A DNA stretch of 64,000 nucleotides from Longimicrobiales bacterium (GCA_965202805.1 OZ241869.1:352001-416000), one strand, 5' to 3'; positions 1 through 10,900 are shown, counted from the first letter of the stretch. Notes: generated by a model not told the origin, from the sequence alone. Numbers and translations: made by a program.

Positions 1-625
1 TGGAGCCGCGGATGTCCAGGTGGCCCGCGTTGAAGGTCACGCCCTGGGCGAACGGGAGGGCTTCCTTGAGATTGGTGACGTCGCGCCGCTGGAGCTCGTC
101 CCCGCTCAGGATCGCAACGCTTACGGGTGCGTCTCCGGGGCGCAGCGTGGTCCGGCTCGCGGTGACGGTCAGGCCGGGGACGTCGAAGAGCAGCGGCGCG
201 AGCGAGATGCGGAGCGGCTCGGATGCGGTGCTGGCGGGGTCGGCGGTGACCTCCGCGCTGCCGTAGCCTTCGGCGATGACGAAGAGCGTCCAGATGCCGC
301 CCTCCGGCACGGACAGCTCGAAGCTGCCGTCCTCGCCCGTCAGCGCACGCAGCGGCGTCGACTGCACCAGCACCTCCGCGCCCATGACCGGGGCGCCTTC
401 GTCGTCGTCCACGACCACGCCCCGGATGGTGGGCCCGGCCTGGGCGGCCAGCGGAGCGGGGGCGAGAAGAATGAAGGGCGCGACGAGCGCGATCGCGGCC
501 ACCGGTCCACGGGCGGCCAGCAGCCGTGGCGGGCGGATGCGCGCCGTACGGCGGCCGACCGGAGCGGGGCGCCTGCTGCGCCTTCCCGACCTCTCGGCCC
601 CCGCCGAACGGACCGCACCCGCCAC
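1..625 (-). CDS. TonB-dependent receptor, N-terminal part (signal peptide, carboxypeptidase-regulatory-like domain, start of plug); runs off the window start
   Basis: Not in the ORF track. Manual translation from GTG at 625 gives ...APLAAQAGPTIRGVVVDDDEGAPVMGAEVLV...TGEDGSFEL...LTVTASR...APVSVAILSGDELQRR...LPFAQGV...LDIRGS, a typical TBDR N-terminus. Exact start uncertain. Confidence 0.85.
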   Translation of the reverse strand, partial: MAGAVRSAGAERSGRRSRRPAPVGRRTARIRPPRLLAARGPVAAIALVAPFILLAPAPLAAQAGPTIRGVVVDDDEGAPVMGAEVLVQSTPLRALTGEDGSFELSVPEGGIWTLFVIAEGYGSAEVTADPASTASEPLRISLAPLLFDVPGLTVTASRTTLRPGDAPVSVAILSGDELQRRDVTNLKEALPFAQGVTFNAGHLDIRGS

Positions 626-627
626 CG

Positions 628-1083
628 TCAGTTCTTCCGCCAGACCGTGGTGGAGACGTTGAGCGCGGGTTCGGTGACTTCAACGGTCAGGAGCGGGCCC
701 TGAAGCGTGTAGGTCCCGAGGCCCTGCACCTGCGTGCCGGCCTGCTCCCACGTCCAGTCGAGACGATTGACGTAGGTGCCTTGATCCTCGATCGTGGCGG
801 TCCCGCCCAGACCGTCCGGAAGCATGATGCTGAGCGTCGTCGTGCCCGAGGCCTCCAGACCCGTGACCGAGGTCTGCTGCACCGAAAAGGAACCCGAAAC
901 ATCTGGCGGCGTGAGGGTTAGCCCGCCGGTAACGATGGCGGACAGCGACTCGAGCGCGTAGGTGCCCGTAAGGTCGGGCGGTCGTTCCGGCTCGGGCTCA
1001 ATCGGATCTTCTCCCCCGCAAGCGGTGAGCGTCAGGAAGACGGCGAGGAGGGGGAAAAGCGGGGTTGACCTGGAGGGGAGCAT
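628..1083 (-). CDS. hypothetical lipoprotein (lipocalin-like beta domain)
   Basis: Lipobox LTAC-GG followed by a DLTGTYAL motif and beta-rich sequence. Confidence 0.7.
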   Translation of the reverse strand: MLPSRSTPLFPLLAVFLTLTACGGEDPIEPEPERPPDLTGTYALESLSAIVTGGLTLTPPDVSGSFSVQQTSVTGLEASGTTTLSIMLPDGLGGTATIEDQGTYVNRLDWTWEQAGTQVQGLGTYTLQGPLLTVEVTEPALNVSTTVWRKN

Positions 1084-1269
1084 TGTCTTCTCGCTGTTGA
1101 CGGGACCGACACCAACGATCCGACGTGTCCTCGCGACGCGTGCTCAGCGCGCCCGGGACGCGCCCGGAACCAACGCACCACCCATGATAACCTATTGTCG
1201 ATCCGGGGTTCTCACCAGACGGGGGCGCTCACCAGCCGAGCGGCCCGGACGGCCCGAGGGACCGACGTG

Positions 1270-1308
1270 CCGTTTTGTCGCAACTGCCGGCCGCTTTGTC
1301 GCTACCGC
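1270..1308 (+). promoter_or_regulatory. direct repeat pair (CCGyTTTGTCGCwACyGC, 21-bp period), putative regulator site upstream of the ABC operon
   Basis: ccgttttgtcgcaactgc at 1270-1287 and ccgctttgtcgctaccgc at 1291-1308, in the divergent intergenic region. Confidence 0.5.
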
Positions 1309-1375
1309 GTCTTGAAACTAGATTGTCCGCGCCTTCGGGCGTACAGCCCTTTTCGCTCCGACACAGGACCAGCGC

Positions 1376-2485
1376 GTGACGACTCCGGCAGAGCCCCACG
1401 TCGAGTTCGAGGACATCGCCAAGAGCTACGATGGCCGGGTGTTGGCGGTCCAGGGATTGAACCTCAGCGTGCGCCGGGGTGAGTTCCTGAGCCTGCTCGG
1501 GCCGTCCGGATCGGGGAAGACGACGTGCCTGATGATGCTCGCCGGGTTTGAAACCCCGACTGCGGGAGCCATCCGCATCGCCGGCCGTTCCGTGCACGCC
1601 CTGCCGCCCCGCAAGCGGGGCATCGGCATGGTGTTTCAGGACTATGCGCTCTTCCCCCACATGACCGTCGAGGACAACCTGGCCTTTCCGCTGGACGTGC
1701 GCGGCATCGGGGGCGACCGACGGCGCGAACTGGTCGACCGGGCGTTGCGGCTGGTCCGGCTGGAGGGTTTCGAGAAGCGCCGGCCGGGGCAGCTCTCGGG
1801 CGGGCAGCAACAGCGGGTGGCGATCGCGCGCGCGCTGGTCTTCGAGCCCGAACTCGTGCTGATGGACGAACCCCTGGGCGCCCTCGACCGCCACCTGCGC
1901 GAAGAGCTGCAGTACGAGATCCGGCGCATCCACCGGACGCTCGGCGTGACCGTCGTCTATGTGACCCACGATCAGCAGGAGGCCATGGTCATGTCGGACC
2001 GGATCGCCGTGCTGCGCGACGGCATGGTCGAGCAGGTGGCCCCCCCCGAAGCCCTGTACGAGGAACCGGTGCGCTCCTTCGTCGCGCGCTTCATCGGCGA
2101 GAACAACCGGCTGCACGGGCGCGTCGTCACGGTTGACGGGGATGTGTGCGACGTCAACGTGGACGGCCAGGTGGTGCGCGGTTATCGGGTCGTGGACTGC
2201 CGGCCGGGGGACCCGGTGACGCTCTCGATCCGGCCGGAGCGCATCACGCTGCATCCGGCGCCGGGGCTGTTCTCCAACCAGTTCGACGCGGTCATCGAGC
2301 ACATCACCTTTGTGGGGGACCACCTGCGCATCCACATGCAGACCTGCGGGCGAGAGGACTTCGTGGCGAAGATCTCGAACGTGGTGGGACAGGGCGGGGT
2401 GCTCGAGGGCGACGAAATCCGCGTGGGATGGACGGCGGCGGACTGCCGGGTCCTGGACTACGGCGGTGTGGAGGGGGCGGTGTGA
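1376..2485 (+). CDS. polyamine/opine-type ABC transporter ATP-binding protein (PotA-like)
   Basis: Walker A GPSGSGKT, signature LSGGQQQR, Walker B LMDEP, C-terminal TOBE-like region. Confidence 0.92.
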   Translation: MTTPAEPHVEFEDIAKSYDGRVLAVQGLNLSVRRGEFLSLLGPSGSGKTTCLMMLAGFETPTAGAIRIAGRSVHALPPRKRGIGMVFQDYALFPHMTVEDNLAFPLDVRGIGGDRRRELVDRALRLVRLEGFEKRRPGQLSGGQQQRVAIARALVFEPELVLMDEPLGALDRHLREELQYEIRRIHRTLGVTVVYVTHDQQEAMVMSDRIAVLRDGMVEQVAPPEALYEEPVRSFVARFIGENNRLHGRVVTVDGDVCDVNVDGQVVRGYRVVDCRPGDPVTLSIRPERITLHPAPGLFSNQFDAVIEHITFVGDHLRIHMQTCGREDFVAKISNVVGQGGVLEGDEIRVGWTAADCRVLDYGGVEGAV

Positions 2486-2546
2486 ACCGCCGGCGGGCGG
2501 TGGGCCGTCTGGACGTTTCGGACTGCGCGGATGTGAGGAGCACGGC

Positions 2547-3626
2547 ATGAGGGTGGGATTCGCGTGGCCGGCGGCTGTGGCGCTGGCCATGGGCTGTGGC
2601 GGTGACGCCGGCGACTCTCTGACCGTGGGCGCGTGGGGCGGGGCCTACACGCGCGCCTGCAAGATCGCCTACTACGAGCCGTTCATCGCCGAGACCGGCA
2701 TGGTCATCCGCGACGCCCAATACAACGGTGGCCTGGCCGAGGTGCGGGCCCAGGTCGATGTCGGACGGATTCACTGGGATGTGGTGCCCATGGAGATCGC
2801 CGACGCGGTGCGCGGCTGCGACGAGGGGCTGCTCGAGCCGCTCGATCCCGCGATGTGGGCCCCCGGCGCGGACGGCATTCCGCCGCAGGAGGACTTCTTT
2901 CCCGGCACCCTGACCGAGTGCGGCGTCGGCGCGGAGTTCTACGCGACCGTCATCGCCTACAACCGGGAGAACATACCCGGTCCCACGCCGGCGACCATGC
3001 AGGACTTCTTCGACCTGGAGACCTTTCCGGGACGCCGCGGAATGCGCCGCAAGCCCATGGGCAACATGGAGTTCGCGCTCATGGCCGATGGCGTGCCGCC
3101 GGCGCAGGTGTACCAGGTGCTGGACACCCCCGAGGGGATCGAGCGGGCGTTCCGCAAGCTGGACACGATCAAGGACGAGATCGTGTGGTGGGAAGCGGGC
3201 GCCCAGCCGCCGCAGCTCCTCGCCGACGGCGAGGTGACGATGACCACGGCGTACAACGGCCGCATCTTCAACGCCCAGGTGCTGGAAAACCAGCCCTTCG
3301 AGATCATCTGGGACGGCCAGCTGCTCGATTTCGGCCAGTTGGTGATCGTGGCCGGGACGCCGAACCTGGAGGCCGCGCTCGAGTTCCTGGCCTTCGCGAC
3401 CACGCCGCAGTCCATGGCCCGGATCAGCGCCAACATCTCCTACAGCCCGACGCGCTACTCCGGACTGCCGCTCGTGGGGACCCACGCGGAGGCGGGGATC
3501 GACATGCTGCCGCACATGCCGACGTATCCGGAGAACCTGGAACGGGCGCTGCGCAACGACTGGGAGTGGTGGGTGAACCACACGGACGAGATGAACGAGC
3601 GCTTCAGCTCATGGCTGGCGCGATGA
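2547..3626 (+). CDS. polyamine-type ABC transporter substrate-binding lipoprotein (PotD/PotF-like)
   Basis: GAGGAG RBS then ATG at 2547; lipobox AMGC; WGGAY, DFFDLETFPGRR and YNGR motifs. Confidence 0.9.
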   Translation: MRVGFAWPAAVALAMGCGGDAGDSLTVGAWGGAYTRACKIAYYEPFIAETGMVIRDAQYNGGLAEVRAQVDVGRIHWDVVPMEIADAVRGCDEGLLEPLDPAMWAPGADGIPPQEDFFPGTLTECGVGAEFYATVIAYNRENIPGPTPATMQDFFDLETFPGRRGMRRKPMGNMEFALMADGVPPAQVYQVLDTPEGIERAFRKLDTIKDEIVWWEAGAQPPQLLADGEVTMTTAYNGRIFNAQVLENQPFEIIWDGQLLDFGQLVIVAGTPNLEAALEFLAFATTPQSMARISANISYSPTRYSGLPLVGTHAEAGIDMLPHMPTYPENLERALRNDWEWWVNHTDEMNERFSSWLAR

Positions 3627-3657
3627 CGGGAGGCTCGATGGCGGGCGGTCCGCGACG

Positions 3658-4872
3658 GTGAGCTCCGAATCGATGCGGCAGGGGCGCGACTGGCGGCCCC
3701 GTCTGCGCGCGGCGGGGCTGGCGCTGCCGCTTGTTGCCTTCGTCGGCGTGACCTTCGTGGCGCCTCTCGCCACGATGTTCAGCCGCAGCGTCTACGACGC
3801 CGTGGTGGCGGACGCGCTCCCGGAGACCCTGGCCCTGCTGGAGGGGTGGGACGGGGAGAGCGTGCCGGGCGAGGATGTCTTCGCCGCGGCCGCGGGCGAA
3901 CTGGCGCGCGCCCAGGAGGAGCGGGTGATCGGCCGGGTGGCCGGCCGGGTCAACCGGGTGCAGGGGGGGATGCGCAGCATTGTCGCGGTAACCGGTCGCC
4001 GACTTCCGGCGGCTCCCGAGGGATCGTGGCGCGAGACCCTGGTCGGCATCGATGCGGCCTGGGGCGAGGTGAGCACCTGGCACGCGGTGCGTACCGCCGG
4101 CGAGCGTTACACCAGCCGTCACTACCTGGCCGCGGTCGATCTGCGGCGCCTCCCCGACGGATCGATTGCGCGCCAGGACGAGGACCGCCGCATCTACCTG
4201 CGCCTCTTCGGGCGCACCTTCCTGGTCAGCCTGTCCATTACCGGGCTCTGCCTCCTGTTCGGCTACCCCCTCGCGCATTTCATCGCGCATGCCCCGCCGC
4301 GCCGCGCCGGCCTGCTCCTGGCGCTGGTGCTGGTTCCGTTCTGGACGTCGCTGCTCGTGCGCACCACCTCGTGGATCGTGCTGCTGCAGGGCCAGGGGGT
4401 GATCAACGACATTCTGGTCGCGCTGGGGCTCGTTTCCGACGACGGACGGCTCGCGCTCATCTACAACATGACCGGCACCTTCGTCGCGATGACGCACGTG
4501 CTGCTGCCCTTCATGGTGCTGCCGCTCTACTCCGTCATGCGCGGGATTCCCCGCTCCCACATGGACGCGGCGGCCTCTCTCGGCGCCGGCCCGGCGCAGG
4601 GATTCCTGCGCGTCTACTGGCCACAGACGCTGCCCGGGGTGGGGGCGGGGAGCCTGCTCGTGTTCATCCTGGCCATCGGGTACTACATCACCCCGGCGCT
4701 GGTGGGGGGGAGCACCGGCCAGCTGATTTCCAACATGGTCGCGTATCACATGCAGACCTCCCTCAACTGGGGGCTGGCGTCCGCGCTGGGAGCGATCATC
4801 CTGGCGTGCGTGATCGGCCTCTACCTGCTGTACGAGCGGGTGGCGGGCACCGAAGGCGTGAGGGTCGCCTGA
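3658..4872 (+). CDS. ABC transporter permease (PotB-like, with N-terminal extension)
   Basis: PFWTSLLVRT, EAA-like loop DAAASLGA, GYYITPALVGG. Confidence 0.9.
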   Translation: MSSESMRQGRDWRPRLRAAGLALPLVAFVGVTFVAPLATMFSRSVYDAVVADALPETLALLEGWDGESVPGEDVFAAAAGELARAQEERVIGRVAGRVNRVQGGMRSIVAVTGRRLPAAPEGSWRETLVGIDAAWGEVSTWHAVRTAGERYTSRHYLAAVDLRRLPDGSIARQDEDRRIYLRLFGRTFLVSLSITGLCLLFGYPLAHFIAHAPPRRAGLLLALVLVPFWTSLLVRTTSWIVLLQGQGVINDILVALGLVSDDGRLALIYNMTGTFVAMTHVLLPFMVLPLYSVMRGIPRSHMDAAASLGAGPAQGFLRVYWPQTLPGVGAGSLLVFILAIGYYITPALVGGSTGQLISNMVAYHMQTSLNWGLASALGAIILACVIGLYLLYERVAGTEGVRVA

Positions 4873-4873
4873 C

Positions 4874-5701
4874 GTGCGCGCGCTCAGCAGGGCGGAGCGG
4901 GCGGGAAGGACGATGCACGTCGCGTTCTGCGCGGCGGTGCTGTTTTTTCTGATGGCGCCCATCCTCGTGATCGTGCCGCTCAGCTTCAATGCAGAGCCCT
5001 ATTTCACCTTCACGGAGGGCATGCTGCGACTGGACCCGGAAGCCTGGTCGCTGCGCTGGTACCGGGAGATCGCGACCAGTGACGTCTGGCGGAGCGCTCT
5101 GGTCAACAGCCTGGTGATCGGCACCGCCGCGACGGCGCTGGCCACCTTCCTGGGCACGCTGGCCGCCCTCGGGCTCTCCAGCCCGCACATGCCCGCCCGC
5201 CGCCTCCTGATGGGCTTCCTGGTCTCGCCGCTGGTGACCCCCGTGATCATCTCGGCCGCGGGGATGTTCTTCTTCTACTCCCGGCTGGGGCTGGGCCAGA
5301 CCCACCTGGGGCTGATCCTGGCGCACGCCGCGCTGGGGACGCCGTTCGTGGTGATCACGGTGACCGCCACCCTGACCGCCTACAACACCACCCTGAACCG
5401 TGCAGCCGCGTCGCTGGGCGCGGGACCGCTCCGGACCTTCACCCGCGTGCAGCTGCCGCTGATCGCCCCGGGGGTGGTGTCGGGCGCGCTCTTCGCCTTC
5501 GCCACCTCGTTCGACGAGGTCGTGGTCGTGCTCTTCCTGGGCGGGGTGGAGCAGAACACCATCCCGCGGCAGATGTGGGCGGGCATCCGCGAGGAGATCA
5601 GCCCCGCCATCCTGGCCGTGGCGACCTTCCTGATCGTGTTCGCGGCGGCGCTGCTGCTTACGGTGGGCTGGCTGCGGAGGAGGGCGGCGGGGACGGCCTG
5701 A
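4874..5701 (+). CDS. ABC transporter permease (PotC-like)
   Basis: SLRWY, RAAASLGA, FATSFDEVV motifs. Confidence 0.9.
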   Translation: MRALSRAERAGRTMHVAFCAAVLFFLMAPILVIVPLSFNAEPYFTFTEGMLRLDPEAWSLRWYREIATSDVWRSALVNSLVIGTAATALATFLGTLAALGLSSPHMPARRLLMGFLVSPLVTPVIISAAGMFFFYSRLGLGQTHLGLILAHAALGTPFVVITVTATLTAYNTTLNRAAASLGAGPLRTFTRVQLPLIAPGVVSGALFAFATSFDEVVVVLFLGGVEQNTIPRQMWAGIREEISPAILAVATFLIVFAAALLLTVGWLRRRAAGTA

Positions 5702-5777
5702 CGGGCCCTGCGGGCGGGAGACAGCTCCTTCCCGGGCTCGCAGGGAACCCGGGAAGGGACGCTGGATCGGAAGCCGA

Positions 5778-5856
5778 TTACGGCTTGGGGGTCGAGCCTG
5801 CGGCTCGGAGGGTCTCGGCTTACGGCTCGGGGGTTGCGCCTACGGCTCCGGCGTCG
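5778..5856. repeat. four degenerate ~21-bp tandem units derived from the 3' end of the peroxiredoxin gene
   Basis: Minus-strand units ccggagccgtag / cccgagccgtaa / tccgagccgcag / cccaagccgtaa. Confidence 0.5.
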
Positions 5857-6406
5857 CGGCGTCGACCATCGCCGCCAGTTCCTCGTAGGCGGTCGGGTCC
5901 ACCTGGGCGAACTGCGGGATCACCCCCGCGATGCGTCCGTCCGGGCCCACCACGATGACCGAGCGGCTGTCGGCCATGTCGTTGTCGCGCTTGCCGCCGC
6001 CGAACGCCTCGTAGGTGGCGCCGTTGGTGCCGGCATCGCTGACGAACAGGAAGGGGAAGTCCTCGTCCTTGAGCCAGGATCCCAGCTCCTCCGGGCTGTC
6101 GTTGGAGACCCCGACGACGACGACGTTCTGGCCTTCATTGAACAAGCTTGCGTACTGATCACGGTACGCTCTCATCTGCACCGTTCAGCCACGTGTTCGA
6201 ACGCGGAAGAAGAAGGCGAGGACAACGGTCTCGCCCCGGTAGTCGCTGAGTCGAACCGGGTCCTGCAGCACGCCGAAGCGGGTGGCGCCCGGCAGCTCGA
6301 AGTCGGGAGCCATCTCTCCCACCTCGAGGAGCTGGGCATCCGCCTCCGCGGGGGCCCCGAGCCCGAGTACCCCGGCCAGCAGGAATAGGGCGGCGAACCT
6401 GCGCAT
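5840..6406 (-). CDS. exported AhpC/TSA (BCP-like) peroxiredoxin with selenocysteine (in-frame TGA at 6185-6187)
   Basis: ORFs 6185-6478 and 5840-6181 share a frame: ...VVLAFFFRVRTRG-TGA-TVQM... TGA falls at the peroxidatic Cys of the TxGCT motif. AAGGAGG RBS before ATG 6406; signal peptide; conserved Arg in SRSVIVVGPDG. Confidence 0.88.
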
Positions 6407-6533
6407 GTCTGATCCTCCTTGAAGTCGGTGGGCGATTCGAACGTGCCGCGAGATCGGGCTCGCGACCGTAGCGGACAAAGTGTGCTGTCGATGCCCGTAG
6501 CGACAGGGGTAGACGGCGTTCAGGAGACGGCGT

Positions 6534-7985
6534 TCAGGGCAGTCGCGTCGCGCCCGTCAGCCAGCGGTCGATCTCGCGCGCCGCCTCGCGTCCCTCGCGA
6601 ATGGCCCACACCACCAGCGACTGGCCGCGCCTGCAGTCCCCGGCCGCGAATACGCCCTCCACGTTGGTGGCGTAGGAACCGAATTCCGCGGCGTAGTTGG
6701 AGTACTCGTCGTACTCGATGCCGAGCGGATCGGAACTCGCGTGCTCGGGGCCCAGAAACCCCATCGACAGGAGCACGAGATCCGCGGTCCACTCCCGCTG
6801 GCTTCCCGGAATCTTGCGCAGGCGGCCGCCATGGAAGGTGACGTCGAGGGTGCGCACGCCCGCGACCTTGCCGTCCGGGCCGGCGAAGAAGCTCTCTGCC
6901 GAGATCGCGTATACGCGCGGATCGTGTCCCAGATGCGCGACGGATTCCTCGTGCCCGTACTCCACCCGGAAGATGAGCGGCCAAGTGGGCCAGGGGTTGT
7001 CGGGAGCCCGCTCCCGGGGCGGCCGCGGCAGGAGTTCGAAGTTGATCAGGCGGCGGCACGACTGGCGCAGGGAGGTGCCGATGCAGTCTGTGCCGGTGTC
7101 GCCCCCGCCGATGACGACGACATCAAGACCGGTTGCGGGGATTCGGGGCGGATGATCGCCCAGCACCGCCTGGATGCTGTCGGTGAGATAGTCCATGGCG
7201 AAGTGGATGCCGGGCAGTTCCCGTCCGCCCACCGGAAGGTCGCGCGGCCGGGTCGCTCCCGTGGCCAGGAGCAGGGCGTCGAAGTCCGCGCGCAGCTCAC
7301 GCACGTCCAGCGACCCGTCGCTGCCGTCGGCGACCGCCGCGCTGGTCACGAACTCGACCCCCTCCTCGCGCAGGAGCGAGACCCGGCGCTCCACGATGCG
7401 CTTGTCCAGCTTCATGTTGGGGATCCCGTACATGAGCAGGCCGCCGATGCGGTCGTCGCGCTCGTAGACCGTGACCCGGTGGCCGGCGGAGTTGAGCTGT
7501 GCGGCAGCGGCGAGTCCCGCGGGGCCCGAGCCCACCACCGCCACGGTCCTGCCGGTGCGCGCGGACGGAGGACTCGCTCCCACCCATCCCTCCTCGAAGC
7601 CGCGGTCGGCGATCGCCATCTCGATGTTCTTGATGGTCACGGGCGGGTCGGCGATCCCGAGGACGCACGACCCCTCGCACGGTGCCGGACACACCCGGCC
7701 GGTGACCTCGGGGAAATTGTTGGTCTTGTGCAGGCGGTCGAGCGCCTCGCGCCAGCGCCCCCGGTAGACGAGGTCGTTCCACTCCGGGATCAGGTTGTAG
7801 ACCGGGCAGCCGTCGTCCGACTGGCAGAACGGCACGCCGCAGTCCATGCAGCGCGCGCCCTGGGTCTTGAGCCGATCCTCCGCGTGCGGCGTATAGATCT
7901 CGTCGAAATCCAGGATCCGGGTCGCCGGATCGCGGTACGGGGCCGCCTCGCGGGCGAATTCCTTGAAGCCGGTGACCTTGCCCAT
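6534..7985 (-). CDS. gltD: glutamate synthase small subunit
   Basis: ARCMDCGVPFC, GRVCPAPCEGSC, GSGPAG, GGGDTGTDC, AGDCRRGQSLVVWAI. Confidence 0.97.
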   Translation of the reverse strand: MGKVTGFKEFAREAAPYRDPATRILDFDEIYTPHAEDRLKTQGARCMDCGVPFCQSDDGCPVYNLIPEWNDLVYRGRWREALDRLHKTNNFPEVTGRVCPAPCEGSCVLGIADPPVTIKNIEMAIADRGFEEGWVGASPPSARTGRTVAVVGSGPAGLAAAAQLNSAGHRVTVYERDDRIGGLLMYGIPNMKLDKRIVERRVSLLREEGVEFVTSAAVADGSDGSLDVRELRADFDALLLATGATRPRDLPVGGRELPGIHFAMDYLTDSIQAVLGDHPPRIPATGLDVVVIGGGDTGTDCIGTSLRQSCRRLINFELLPRPPRERAPDNPWPTWPLIFRVEYGHEESVAHLGHDPRVYAISAESFFAGPDGKVAGVRTLDVTFHGGRLRKIPGSQREWTADLVLLSMGFLGPEHASSDPLGIEYDEYSNYAAEFGSYATNVEGVFAAGDCRRGQSLVVWAIREGREAAREIDRWLTGATRLP

Positions 7986-7996
7986 GGCGCTCGGAA

Positions 7997-10900
7997 TCAG
8001 CCGCGCGCCGCGACGGGCAGGGCAGGGGAACGGTCGGCCGCGGCTCGCTCCGTCAGCGCCCGCTTGTAGTCGATCGGCACCACCTTGACGAATTCGGGAT
8101 GGCGGGCCTCCCAGTCGCCGAGGATGCCGTCCGCCACCGTGGAGCCCGTGTACTCGCGGTGCCGTTCGATCAGGCGGCGTATCTCCTCCCGCTCGTCCGC
8201 ATCGGACAGGCGCTCGAGCACCACCAGATCCATGTTGCAGCGGCGCTCGAAGGCGTCTTCAGGGTCCCACACGTAGGCGATCCCCCCCGACATTCCGGCC
8301 CCGAAGTTGATCCCGGTCTGGCCCAGCACCACCACGCGCCCGCCCGTCATGTACTCGCAGCCGTGGTCGCCGATGCCCTCCACCACGGCGGTGGCGCCGC
8401 TGTTGCGCACGCAGAAGCGCTCGGCCGCGATGCCCCGGAAGAAGCCCTCGCCGCTGATGGCGCCGTAGAACACCACATTGCCGGCCAGGATGTTCTCTTC
8501 GGCCCTGAACCGGGACGCCTTCGGCGGATAGAGGATGATCCTGCCGCCGGACAGCCCCTTGCCCACATAGTCGTTGGCGTCGCCTTCCACTTCCAGCGTA
8601 ACCCCGCGCGCCAGCCAGGCGCCGAAGCTCTGTCCCGCGCTCCCGCGGAAGCGGAAGTGAATGGAATCGTCGGGAAGCATGCCCGGCCCCGCGCTGCGGA
8701 TGATGTGGTTGGACAGCATGCCGCCCACCACCCGGTTTCCGTTGGAGATGGCCATGTCGTGGCGCACCGGCCGGCCTTCCTCGATGGCCGGGCGGGCCAG
8801 GCGAATGAGGGTGTGGTCGAGGGCGCCCTCAAGCCCGTGATCCTGTTCGTGCCGGCAGTACACACCCAGGCAGTCCTCCGGCTCCAGCGCCGGCATCAGG
8901 AGCGCGTCCACGTTCACGCTTCTCGCCTTCCAGTGCCCGGGCCGGGGCGCGGCCTGCAGCGCGTCCACCCGCCCGATCATCTCGTTCACGGTGCGGAAGC
9001 CGAGACGCGCCATGATCTCACGCAGCTCGTGCGCGACCATGAACAGGTAGTTGATGATGTACTCCGGCTTCCCGGAGAACTTCCTGCGCAGCTCCGGGTC
9101 CTGGGTCGCCACGCCCACCGGACAGGTGTTCAGGTGGCACTTGCGCATCATGACGCAGCCCAGCGTGATCAGCGGGGCGGTGGAGAATCCGAACTCCTCC
9201 GCGCCCAGCAGCGCGGCGACGGCCACGTCGCGGCCCGTCTTGAGTTGCCCGTCGGTCTGCACGATGACCCGCGAGCGCAGGTTGTTCATCACCAGGGTCT
9301 GGTGGACCTCGGCGATCCCCAGCTCCCACGGCAGCCCCGCGTGCTTGATGGAGGTGAGCGGGGAGGCGCCCGTGCCTCCGCTGTCGCCCGAGATCACCAG
9401 GTGGTCGGCGCGCGCCTTGACCACGCCCGCGGCCACCGTGCCCACGCCGATCTCGGCGCACAGCTTCACGCTGATGCGCGCCTGCGGATTGGCGTTCTTG
9501 AGGTCGTGGATGAGCTGGGCGATATCCTCGATGGAGTAGATGTCGTGGTGCGGGGGCGGACTGATCAGCCCCACTCCCGGCGTGGAATGCCGGATTGACG
9601 CGATGTAGTCGTCCACCTTGCGGCCCGGGAGCTCGCCCCCCTCCCCGGGCTTGGCTCCCTGCACGATCTTGATCTGCAGCTCCTCGGCTGCGGTGAGGTA
9701 CTCGATCGTCACGCCGAAGCGCCCGCTGGCCACCTGCTTGATCGCCGATCGGCGCAATCCCCCGTCCGCATCCGGGACGTTGCGCGCCGGATCCTCGCCG
9801 CCCTCGCCTGAATTCGACTTGGCGCCGATGCGGTTCATGGCCAGGGCGAGCGACTCGTGGGCCTCCTTCGAGATGGAGCCGAAGCTCATCGCGCCGGTGG
9901 CGAAGCGCTTCACGATCTCGGCCTCGGGCTCGACCTGGTCCAGGTCCACCGGCGGACCGGTGGGATGGAACCGAAGGAGGCCCCTCAGCGTCGCCTTGCG
10001 CGTGTTTTCCTCGTTGGCGTGACGGGCGAAGCGCCAGTAGGCCTCCGGGGAGTTGGTGCGCGCAGCGACCCGGAGGCCGCGCACCGAAACGGGATCCCAC
10101 ATGTGGCGCGCGCCCCCCTTGCGCCAGTGGAAGTCGCCGGGGTTGGGCAACGCCCGTCCATTGTTCCGCGACGCGCCGGCGAAGCCCAGTTCGTGGCGAC
10201 GCTCGATCTCCTCCGCCAGCACCCCGAAGCCGATCCCGCCCACGCGGCTTTCGGTATCGGTGAAGCACCGGTTCACCACCTCCACCCCGAGCCCGACCGC
10301 CTCGAAGATCTGCGCCCCCTTGTAGGACTGCAGCGTCGAGATGCCCATCTTGGCCATCACCTTGAGGATGCCCTTGCCGACCCCCTTGCGGTACGCGGCG
10401 ACCACGTCGTCGTCGGAACCGATGTGCCCGTAGTCGTCCATCCGCCTGGCGCGCCGGGCGCGCCAGAGCGACTCGTAGGCCAGGTAGGGGTTGATGGCGT
10501 CCGCCCCGTAGCCCAGCAGCAGGCAGTGGTGATGCACCTCGCGCGCCTCGCCGGTCTCGACGATCAGGGCGATGCGGGTGCGCTGGTGCGTGCGCACCAG
10601 GTGGTGATGCACGCAGCCGACGGCGAGCAGGGAGCTGATGGCCAGGCGATCCGGGCCGATCGCGCGGTCGGAGAGCACGAGCAGGCGGATCCCGTCTCTG
10701 ACCGCGAGGTCGGCATCCCGCTCCAGGCGGGAGAGCGCCGCAAGCAGGCCCTTCTTCCCCGAGCCCCGACGGAAGGTGGCGTCGAGTGTCCGGGACCGCC
10801 ATCCGCGGTGCTTCAGCTCCGAAAGCGCGGCGAACTGCCCGTTGGAGAGGATCGGGTGGGGTAGCCGCAGCCGGTGCGCGTGTTCCTCCGTGACCTCGAG

